Assembly: GCA_038207335.1 (NCBI GenBank)
Contig: JBBQZX010000017.1
Location: 51,787 to 115,786 of the forward strand
Length of the DNA stretch: 64,000 bases
Source: Chthoniobacterales bacterium
Lineage (GTDB): Bacteria > Verrucomicrobiota > Verrucomicrobiia > Chthoniobacterales > Chthoniobacteraceae
Reading direction: 5' to 3'
Shown here: positions 51,524-61,077 of the stretch, piece after piece
Layout: every line of letters starts with the position of its first letter
How positions within the stretch are numbered: the stretch's first letter is position 1
Notes under the pieces: model-generated
The model's input: only the letters and a program-made list of their open reading frames with translations
Database searches by the model: none
Told to the model about the DNA's origin: nothing
Made by a program: the position numbers and the translations under genes

Positions 51524-51682
51524 CACTCGCATCTCCCGTTCTTGGGAGGGGAGAGCCCAGCATGCTTCGGCGCGCGGGGCTTTTTCTTTGCACGGCTCCT
51601 GCCATGCGTCGAGTCGCACGCAGGAGGCGGCTCGGATCGGCTCTGGCGTTACGCGCGCGGCCCGTCCACGGTGGACTTCCTC

Positions 51683-52819
51683 ATGCCCGAAGAACATCCC
51701 ACGGTCGAAGCACTTGCCAGGGTTTTCGCCGAATGCCGTGAGGAGATCATCGACGAATGGCGGACGCAGGCGGGCAAGGCCCTCGCGGAGTTGAAGCTCG
51801 ATCGGGCCACGCTCACCGATCACGTCCCGGACCTGGTTACCGGGATCATCCGCGATCTGTCGGATCGCCGGGAGGGCCGGGTGCAGCCCGATGCGGTGCC
51901 GAGCGGGCAGCCGCGGCACGGGGTGCAGCGAGTGAGCGATGGGCTGGATGTGGGCGAGGTCGTGGAGGAGTTCAATCTGCTAAGGGCGGCCTTTTTCACG
52001 ATCGCGGACCGGCACAGCCTTTTGCTGATCGGCGAAGCGGCGCGGATCATCAGCCGACGGATCGACACGGATGTGCGGATGGCGGTCGTGGCGTTTGCGG
52101 AGCGGCAGGCGCATCTGCTGAAGGAGGGCGAGGACGAGCATCTGGCATTCATCGCGCACGATCTGCGCACGCCGCTGAATGCGGTGAATCTGCTCGTGGA
52201 TGAGCTGAAGGAGACGTGCACGGACCATGCGGTGCCGGAGGTGGATGAGCTTTTCGAAAGCCTGAAACGCAATCTGCAGCGCGTGGAGGGGCTCATCAAG
52301 CGGGTGCTGGATGCCCATGCGCAGCCGGCGGGGATGGTGAGCTCACTGCAGCCGGAGCGGCGCACTTTCGAGCTCTGGCCGGTGGCGCAGCGGCTGATCT
52401 TCGACCTCGCCGCGGTGGCAAAGAACCAAGGCGTGGCGGTCACCAACGAGATCCCGCGCCAGCTTACTGTCTGCGCCGATGCGGGGCTGATCGCGCAGGT
52501 CTTCCAGAACCTGCTCAGCAACGCCTTCAAATACGCCTCACGCGGGCGCGTGACCCTGACGGCGAGCGAGGACGCCGACGGCGTGGTCTGCACGGTGCGC
52601 GACTCCGGCGAAGGGATCCCGCCGGAGATGCTGCCGAAGGTCTTCGACAAGCTGGCGACGGACCCGGAAAAAGAAGGAATCGGAATCGGACTGGCGATCG
52701 TGAAGCAGATCGTGGAAGCGCACGGGGGGAGCATCACGGCGGAGAGCACCCACGGAGCGGGAGCGAGCTTCCGGTTCACGCTCCCTGCGCCGTCGAAGAG
52801 CATTTCACCGACGCGCTAG
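51683..52819 (+). CDS. Cytoplasmic sensor histidine kinase with RsbRD_N-like input domain
   Basis: HGVQRVSDGLDVGEVVEEFNLLR; H-box AHDLRTPL, N-box NLLSNAFKY, DSGEGI, GIGLAIVK. Confidence 0.9.
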   Translation: MPEEHPTVEALARVFAECREEIIDEWRTQAGKALAELKLDRATLTDHVPDLVTGIIRDLSDRREGRVQPDAVPSGQPRHGVQRVSDGLDVGEVVEEFNLLRAAFFTIADRHSLLLIGEAARIISRRIDTDVRMAVVAFAERQAHLLKEGEDEHLAFIAHDLRTPLNAVNLLVDELKETCTDHAVPEVDELFESLKRNLQRVEGLIKRVLDAHAQPAGMVSSLQPERRTFELWPVAQRLIFDLAAVAKNQGVAVTNEIPRQLTVCADAGLIAQVFQNLLSNAFKYASRGRVTLTASEDADGVVCTVRDSGEGIPPEMLPKVFDKLATDPEKEGIGIGLAIVKQIVEAHGGSITAESTHGAGASFRFTLPAPSKSISPTR

Positions 52820-52838
52820 TGCCGTAGCTAACCCCCCC

Positions 52839-55160
52839 ATGAAAACGACATCCCATCCTTTCCACGTGTCTCTGCTCTGCGTCGTATGGCTGGCCTTGCC
52901 TGGTTTTGGCTTCGCCGATGAAGTTACGGACACTGCGCTCCTCGCCGGACATTCGCTGCACGGCGAAGCTTTTGACGAAGGCCCGCGTCAGGCAGCGGTG
53001 CTCATGCCCGGAATGCCGAAGATTGATTTTCCCGTCACGGTGCGAAACCCGCAGGCCCAATTATTCTTCAATCAAGGCGTCGGCCAGCTTCACGGCTTTT
53101 GGTATTTCGAGGCGGAGCGCTCGTTCCGTCAGGTCGCAATGCTGGACCCGGATTGCGTCATGGCGCTGTGGGGGATGGCGATGGCGAATGTCTATAACGA
53201 GAAGCGCGCGGCGGAATTTATCCGCAAGGCGGAGTCGCGAATGAAGGATGATAACCTCACGCGCCGAGAGCGTCTCTACCTGGAATCGCTCAGCAAGTTC
53301 TACCCGAACAAGAAAACTCCCGGAGGCGGCAGCGGAAAGGATCAGGAGAATAAAAGGCATCGCGAGTATGTCCGCAGCCTGGAGCAAATCGTCGAGGAAT
53401 TCCCCGACGACATCGAAGCCAAAACCTTCCTCGTGTTCAAAATCTGGGATAACGAAGGACGGCTCGGCATTTCCAGCCACACCGCCACAGATGCGCTGGC
53501 CAAAGAGGTGCTGGCCGTTAGTCCGCAACATCCCGTGCAGCACGCGCGCATCCATCTATGGAATGGCGAGGCCGAGCGCCGGGCGCTGGACGCCGCCGCA
53601 AATTGCGGCCAGGGCTCGCCGGGAATCGCGCACATGTGGCACATCGCCGTGCATACCTATGCTCCGCTCCAGCGGTATGCCGATGCAGTCTGGCAGCAGG
53701 AGGCGTCAGCGCGCGTAGATCATGCCTACATGATGCGCACGCGTTTGCTCCCCGACCAGATTCACAACTACGCGCACAACAACGAGTGGCTGGTCAGGAA
53801 TCTGAACCATCTGGGCCGGGTATCCGATGCCCTCGACCTGGCGCGCAACATGATCGAACTGCCACGTCACCCGCGCTTTAACTCGCTGCTCAAAACGCCG
53901 GACGACAGCAAGCTCAACGACACTTCAGTGACGGCGAATCGGAAGCGCCAAAACAGTGCGGTCTTTGGCCGCGTGCGATTGCTGGAGACTCTCGTGCGAT
54001 GGGAACTTTGGGATGAAATCCTGCGGCTGGGAGACACAATGTATCTCGATGCAACGGATGACTTGCCGGAAGAAGCGCGGCGGCTCTGGGCGCTGGGGCT
54101 CGCGCATTTTGCGACCGGCGACCAGACTGGGGGCGCTGCGCGGCTGGCGGACTTGGAAAAGCTCGTGACAAAACAGCGGGATGCGGGTGAGGAAAAGCCC
54201 GCGAAAGAGAATGGCTCCCAAGAGCAGGTCGGTAAGACACTCAAGGAACTGCGTCTATTCGCCACCCTTGCAAAAGGTGATCAATCCACCGCCCGTCGCC
54301 TCGCAGGTGAAGGCATGGATATCCCGAAGGAGCGGCTAGCTCAGGTTTGGCTGCAACTCGGCGACAAAGAGCGTGCGATGAAACTAGCCCGCGACGCTGC
54401 TGACAGCCTCCGCAATCAGGTGCAACCGCTGGCGAACTGCGCGGATATCCTGGCGCGCTGCGGACAGAAAGAAGAGGCAGGGAAAGTCTTCGAAAAGCTG
54501 CGCGTGACTGCCGCACAGGCAAATCTCGATGTGCCTGTCATGCGCCGCTTGCAACCACTGGCGGCGGAGTTGCAGTTGCCCGACGACTGGCGACTCCCGC
54601 AATCCGCCGCGACGGATGTCGGCATCCGTCCGCCGTTGGATTCGCTCGGCCCGTTTCGCTGGCAGCCCTCCGCGGCGCCGGAGTTCACGCTTCCCGGACC
54701 TGCGGGCTCGCAGGTTTCCCTGTCGGATTATCGCGGCCGACCGGTCATCGTCATCTTCTACCTCGGAAGTGCATGTCAGCACTGCGTGAAACAACTGGCC
54801 GCGTTTGCACCGATGACGACCCGTTTCGCTGAGGCGGGCATTTCCGTCATGGCAGTCAGCACCGAGTCGGTAGGCGGGCTGGAGGACACGATCGGAGCAG
54901 GCACGCCGGATGCGTTGCCCTTTCCTGTGGTTTCCGACGGGGACCGCAGTGTCTTCAAGCGTTACGGCGCTTTCGATGACTTCGAAAATATGCCGCTCCA
55001 CGGAGTCTTCCTCGTGGATGGCACCGGCCGGGTCCGCTGGCATGACATCGGTTTCGAACCCTTCACGGATGTCACGTTTCTGCTCGGCGAATCGCAGCGC
55101 CTGCTGAAGCTCTCGGGTGAAGCACATCCGACCACCGCTGCCTTGACAGAGCCCAAATGA
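52839..55160 (+). CDS. Exported TPR-like/helical protein fused to an AhpC/TSA redoxin domain
   Basis: Signal peptide; AQLFFNQGVGQLHGFWYFEAERSFR; C-terminal APEFTL...SLSDYRG, CQHC (CxxC), HGVFLVD. Confidence 0.82.
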   Translation: MKTTSHPFHVSLLCVVWLALPGFGFADEVTDTALLAGHSLHGEAFDEGPRQAAVLMPGMPKIDFPVTVRNPQAQLFFNQGVGQLHGFWYFEAERSFRQVAMLDPDCVMALWGMAMANVYNEKRAAEFIRKAESRMKDDNLTRRERLYLESLSKFYPNKKTPGGGSGKDQENKRHREYVRSLEQIVEEFPDDIEAKTFLVFKIWDNEGRLGISSHTATDALAKEVLAVSPQHPVQHARIHLWNGEAERRALDAAANCGQGSPGIAHMWHIAVHTYAPLQRYADAVWQQEASARVDHAYMMRTRLLPDQIHNYAHNNEWLVRNLNHLGRVSDALDLARNMIELPRHPRFNSLLKTPDDSKLNDTSVTANRKRQNSAVFGRVRLLETLVRWELWDEILRLGDTMYLDATDDLPEEARRLWALGLAHFATGDQTGGAARLADLEKLVTKQRDAGEEKPAKENGSQEQVGKTLKELRLFATLAKGDQSTARRLAGEGMDIPKERLAQVWLQLGDKERAMKLARDAADSLRNQVQPLANCADILARCGQKEEAGKVFEKLRVTAAQANLDVPVMRRLQPLAAELQLPDDWRLPQSAATDVGIRPPLDSLGPFRWQPSAAPEFTLPGPAGSQVSLSDYRGRPVIVIFYLGSACQHCVKQLAAFAPMTTRFAEAGISVMAVSTESVGGLEDTIGAGTPDALPFPVVSDGDRSVFKRYGAFDDFENMPLHGVFLVDGTGRVRWHDIGFEPFTDVTFLLGESQRLLKLSGEAHPTTAALTEPK

Positions 55161-55271
55161 GTGAGGCGGTGATGAAACGCACGACTTGGCTCCGTCACCA
55201 GACTCTCCACTACCAAGGATTCGCGGAACTGGGCCTGCGGTAGGTGAATCGGTGCCCGGCGGACGGCGAAG

Positions 55272-57077
<1,806 letters not shown>

Positions 57078-57108
57078 GAAAGTGGTGCGCCGGGTGGCGC
57101 GGGCGCGG

Positions 57109-57137
57109 AATATGGCGGCGCTCCGCCGATGGGTCAA
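57109..57137 (-). promoter_or_regulatory. Putative sigma70 promoter of lepA
   Basis: Minus strand TTGACC-N17-CATATT. Confidence 0.5.
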
Positions 57138-57173
57138 CGCAACGTGACCGCCGCAACCGTCGCGGCAGAAAAC

Positions 57174-57758
57174 CTACGCCCAAGGCGCGGGCGCGAGCTT
57201 GTGCTCGGGCTCGCGGGCAGGCGCGCGGAAGGACATGCAGCCGACAAAAAGCGCGGTGAAAATCAAGTCGCTCGCCAGCGTGTTGCGGTAGAAAAACCAC
57301 GTCGAAGGATAGCCCGGCAGCCCCGTCGTGAGTGCCTGCAGCCAGCCGCCAAAGGTCTTCGCATACGCCGGCTCACCGATCCACGAACCCGTGTTCGTGA
57401 TCACATAAAAAACGAGCGACCCAGCCAGCGCAGCCGCGAGCATCCCGGTGATGCGCACCTTTCCGCGCAGCGCGAATCCGAGGCCCACGATCATCGCGAG
57501 TGCGAAATATCGAGGGAGGATTTCCATCGTGAAAAACGGGACGTGGTAGTGGAAGAGGTTCAGCGCGATGTCGCTCAGCAAAAGGATCGCGAGCGGCAGC
57601 GACCACGCCACGCGGCGCGGCAGATAGACCGCGCCGCACAGCGCGACTGCGGCGACGGGGGAGAAATTATGCAGCCACGTCATGTCCGCGCTCCCGGCGA
57701 TGCCGAGCACCACACGGAAAACGACGACGACCAAAAGCAGCACGAGCGGGGCAATCAT
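57174..57758 (-). CDS. DUF6580-family putative transporter (ECF S-component-like membrane protein)
   Basis: About 6 TM; NFSPVAAVAL, LPLAILLLSD, FYVITNTGSW, GLP...RNTLASDLIF. Confidence 0.78.
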   Translation of the reverse strand: MIAPLVLLLVVVVFRVVLGIAGSADMTWLHNFSPVAAVALCGAVYLPRRVAWSLPLAILLLSDIALNLFHYHVPFFTMEILPRYFALAMIVGLGFALRGKVRITGMLAAALAGSLVFYVITNTGSWIGEPAYAKTFGGWLQALTTGLPGYPSTWFFYRNTLASDLIFTALFVGCMSFRAPAREPEHKLAPAPWA

Positions 57759-57849
57759 GGAATCAACGTGGCGCGCGGTGGCTCTTCGGGCAATAGCGAA
57801 GTGCAACCGCCCGCAAATCCTTTGCTGGTGCGGCTCGGAACGAAATCGC

Positions 57850-57877
57850 TTGTCGCGCGACATGCACCGCCTACAGT
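57850..57877 (+). promoter_or_regulatory. Putative sigma70 promoter upstream of the riboswitch
   Basis: TTGTCG-N16-TACAGT about 10 nt before the aptamer's first stem. Confidence 0.55.
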
Positions 57878-57886
57878 CCGCCGCCA

Positions 57887-58160
57887 GTTCTTTGCGAGTC
57901 AAAATAGCCTGCGGGTCGAACGATGGAATTCCGTGAAATTCGGAAACAGTTGCGCTGCTGTGACTGGATACGACTCCCCAAATTGCCAATTTTCGCGCGA
58001 GCGAAAGTGAAGGCGGGGAGAAGGATGGCGAAGTCATTTTCGCCGAGAAGCCAGAAGTCAGAACATTTCCTCGATCCGCGCTCATTCGCGCCGCCGCTTT
58101 CATAGTGGCAGGCCCTGCCACGGGCAGCGGCGCGTCAAAACTTCTTCGCAAAAAAGAAGC
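57887..58160 (+). ncRNA. Cobalamin (B12) riboswitch, divergent variant
   Basis: GGAATTCCGTGAAATTCGGAA T-loop hairpin (57925-45), ACAGTTGCGCTGCTGT (57946-61), GCCAAT...GTGAAGGC, B12-box-like GAAGCCAGAAGTC (58047-59), closing GTTCT/AGAAC, and downstream hairpin CTTCTT-CGCAAAA-AAGAAG whose loop complements TTGCG. Confidence 0.8.
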
Positions 58161-58250
58161 AATGAGGGATCGCTCGTTTCGTTGCCCACGGCATTCCCAT
58201 GCCCTCGGCGCGTGCCACGGTCTCTCTCATAAATCCATCGAGACAGACCC

Positions 58251-59237
58251 ATGAAAAAAGCACTCCTCATCTGCCTGGCCGCATTCGCGGCACAGGCATC
58301 CCACGCCGCGTTGAACGTATTCGACGCGTTCGCCACCGACCCCATTTCCACCGGACGCTGGAACTTCGGCATCGGCTCAAACGCCAACTCGCAATTTCTG
58401 TGGAGTAACACCGCTCCTGCATTTGCGGGCGATTCCGCCGGTTCGCTGTCCGTGCATCTGAACTCCTCATTGCCAACCGCCCGGCTTCAACGTCCGCTCG
58501 GCCAGACTTTCTCAGCCGGCGCCGATTTTTCGGTCTCGGTAAAGTTCAGTTTTTCAGTCACGAGCGCACCGCTGAACCAAGGTGTGCAATTCGCGTTTGG
58601 CCTAATCAATACAGGGCTCACCGGCGGTGACCGCACTGGCAGCCCGACGAATTACGGGAGCGACAATTTCTTTCACACCGTCGAGTTGAATTACTTCCCG
58701 AACCTCAGCAATTACGATCCGACGACTCCGGGGCCGACGCTCACGCCGGTCGCAGTCGGCGCGCAAAAGCCCGGGATGGACGGTTTTCAGAATCTCGCCG
58801 CGAACTTCAGCACGGACTCGGACCTCGGCGCGAACGCCAGCGGCATCACCGAGCTGCCACAAAACACCATCCTGCAAGCCACGCTCGCCTTTACCGCCGG
58901 CAATCACACGCTCGCGCTTTTGATGAGCCGCGTGAACGCCGACGGAACGCTCACCGCGCTGAATACCGAGGTTCCAGCGATCCGACTCGATATGCCGCCC
59001 GGATTTTCCACCTATGATTCGAGCCTTCCATTCCAAGTGAATGCACTCTCGATCATGGCCTACAACGACGGCTTCACGACCTCCGCAGACCCGTCGCTCA
59101 TCGCCGACATCACGTTCGAGGATTTCGGGTTTGCGTCGCCCGTGCCGGAGCCATCGTGCGCATTGCTGCTCGGGAGCGGCGTCGTGGCCTTTTTGTTGCG
59201 GAGGAAAAGCGGATCCGCTGACAACCGCTACGTTTGA
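58251..59237 (+). CDS. PEP-CTERM sorted surface protein
   Basis: Signal peptide (ASHA-A), Ser/Thr/Gly-rich beta domain, C-terminal VPEPS-hydrophobic helix-RRK. Confidence 0.9.
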   Translation: MKKALLICLAAFAAQASHAALNVFDAFATDPISTGRWNFGIGSNANSQFLWSNTAPAFAGDSAGSLSVHLNSSLPTARLQRPLGQTFSAGADFSVSVKFSFSVTSAPLNQGVQFAFGLINTGLTGGDRTGSPTNYGSDNFFHTVELNYFPNLSNYDPTTPGPTLTPVAVGAQKPGMDGFQNLAANFSTDSDLGANASGITELPQNTILQATLAFTAGNHTLALLMSRVNADGTLTALNTEVPAIRLDMPPGFSTYDSSLPFQVNALSIMAYNDGFTTSADPSLIADITFEDFGFASPVPEPSCALLLGSGVVAFLLRRKSGSADNRYV

Positions 59238-59245
59238 TCGAAGCA

Positions 59246-60091
59246 ATGCATGAGAAGACGAAACAGGAGAACAGAAAAACAGAAAGGGGCGGGTGCGATC
59301 TTCTCCCGTCTGCACCCCTCTCCTGTTTTCCTGTTTTCCTGCTTCAATCCGAATCGTCGCGAACTCGGGATCATCGTCGCGCATTCACGCTCGTGGAATT
59401 GCTCGTTGTGCTCAGCATCGTCGCGGTGCTCGCGGCACTCGTTCTTTCTGGCGTGGAGAAAATGCGAAAAGTCGCGCAGGGCGCGTATTGCGCGAACAGC
59501 CTGCGCCAGCTCGGCGTCGCCACCTCGCTCTATCTCAACGACAACGACCGCGTCTTTTTCTCCTACTCGAAAACCGTGCCGGAGGGCCGTCTCTGGTATT
59601 TCGGACTCGAGCCGAAAGGCGGAGGCGGCGCGGAAGGCAGCCGCGTGCTCGACCAGACGAAAGGCCCGCTTTTTCCCTACGTCCAGCAGGTCGGCGGCAT
59701 CCAAGTCTGCCCCGCGTTTCCGTACGAGAGTTCTCTGTGGAAGCCGAAATTCAAGGGCGCGAGCTGGGGCTACGGCTTCAATACCGCACTCTCGGGCGTG
59801 AACCTTTCCAACCTCGAACATCCCGCGCGCACGCTGGTCTTCGGCGACTGCGCGCAGGTCAATTCATTCCAGCCGCCCGCCTCCGCGAAGAAGCCGATGC
59901 TCGAGGAATTCTACATGATCGAGAGCAGCTTCAAGACGATCCACTTCCGCCACGGCGCGCGCGCAAATATCCTCTTCGCCGACGGCCACGTCGATGCCAT
60001 GAGCATGTATCCCGGCACCGCCGACACGCGCCTGCCGGATGCCAGCGTCGGCCGCATCGCACCCGTCGGCAGCTCCGACTTTCTGCGCTGA
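59246..60091 (+). CDS. Prepilin-type N-terminal cleavage/methylation protein with H-X9-DG C-terminus
   Basis: RAFTLVELLVVLSIVAVLAAL, CANSLRQLG, RHGARANILFADGHV; exact start uncertain (TTG 59234 or ATG 59246). Confidence 0.88.
   Translation: MHEKTKQENRKTERGGCDLLPSAPLSCFPVFLLQSESSRTRDHRRAFTLVELLVVLSIVAVLAALVLSGVEKMRKVAQGAYCANSLRQLGVATSLYLNDNDRVFFSYSKTVPEGRLWYFGLEPKGGGGAEGSRVLDQTKGPLFPYVQQVGGIQVCPAFPYESSLWKPKFKGASWGYGFNTALSGVNLSNLEHPARTLVFGDCAQVNSFQPPASAKKPMLEEFYMIESSFKTIHFRHGARANILFADGHVDAMSMYPGTADTRLPDASVGRIAPVGSSDFLR
59263..59342. repeat. Inverted array of 8-mer ACAGRARA units
   Basis: ACAGGAGA ACAGAAAA ACAGAAAG GGGCGGGTGC ... GCACCCC TCTCCTGT TTTCCTGT TTTCCTGC. Confidence 0.7.
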
Positions 60092-60148
60092 AAATCGTGC
60101 GGTCTTGGCTTCCCATCACGCGCTCCGTAGCGTGCGCGGTTCCACTCC

Positions 60149-60724
60149 ATGAGCATCTTTGAAAAAGCCCACACAGCCGCGATCGAAAGCCTGCACAGCC
60201 TCCGCGCGCTCCAGCCCGCGCTCGAGCAGGCCGCACAGATCGTCGGCGACTGCGTCCTCGGCGGCGGCAAATTGCTCGTCTGCGGCAATGGTGGCAGCGC
60301 GGCGGACGGCGCGGATTTCGCCACCGAATTCGCGTGCCGATTCATCACCGATCGCCGCCCCTATCCCGCGCTGAATCTCACCGCGTGCGGCAGCCTCACC
60401 ACCGCCATCGGCAACGACTACGGCTTCGAACAAATCTTCGCGCGACAGGTTCGCGGCTTCGGGAAAAAGGGCGACGTCCTCATCGCGCTCACCACCAGCG
60501 GCAACTCCGCAAACATCCTCGCCGCGCTCGGCGAGGCCCGCACCCAAGGCCTCGAAAGCATCGCCCTCCTCGGCCGCGACGGCGGTCACGCGCGCGGCCT
60601 CGCGACCGTCGATCTCATCGTCCCCGCACCCGCCACGGCACGCATCCAGGAGGGTCACAAATTCCTCCTCCACACCCTCTGCGAAATGGTCGAAGAGCGC
60701 CTGCTCGCCGCCGAGCCGCGCTAG
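60149..60724 (+). CDS. gmhA: Phosphoheptose isomerase (SIS domain)
   Basis: CGNGGSAAD, TAIGNDYG..IFARQ, TTSGNSAN, TARIQEGH. Confidence 0.9.
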   Translation: MSIFEKAHTAAIESLHSLRALQPALEQAAQIVGDCVLGGGKLLVCGNGGSAADGADFATEFACRFITDRRPYPALNLTACGSLTTAIGNDYGFEQIFARQVRGFGKKGDVLIALTTSGNSANILAALGEARTQGLESIALLGRDGGHARGLATVDLIVPAPATARIQEGHKFLLHTLCEMVEERLLAAEPR

Positions 60725-61077
60725 AACGAACGATCGCGGCGATTCACTCCGCGGAGAAATGCGAGCGGCTTGGCCGCCCTTGCGCGGTGGATAGACCCAG
60801 TCGTCCATCCATGCATTCACGCCCTTAATAAAACATCGCGCCACGACCGAGTCCGTAACCTTCCTGCCGCACTTTCGCCGCCTGCACCGTGTTCCGCACC
60901 GGCGGCGCTGCCTGCGCGGAGAGGGTGGAGACGAAGACGATGAACGCGATGAAGCAGCCTTTCATGGCGGGCACTCGGCTGAAGAGAATGCCTGGAGCGA
61001 CTTCGGATGTGCGGAGGAAAATCGCAATTTGTCCACACACTGCTGGCGCTGAGCGCGCCCCCGTAAAGCAGCACGCT

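Noticed and set aside
55172..55243. Tiny ORF MKRTTWLRHQTLHYQGFAELGLR after the TPR-redoxin gene
   Set aside because: Too short with no supporting features; could be chance or a remnant
57759..57850. Second riboswitch for the DUF6580 gene on the minus strand
   Set aside because: Not enough space and no aptamer motifs on that strand; the B12 link for DUF6580 rests on adjacency only
59263..59342. Short tandem repeats considered as a CRISPR array
   Set aside because: 8-mer units in inverted arrangement without unique spacers; no cas genes in the window
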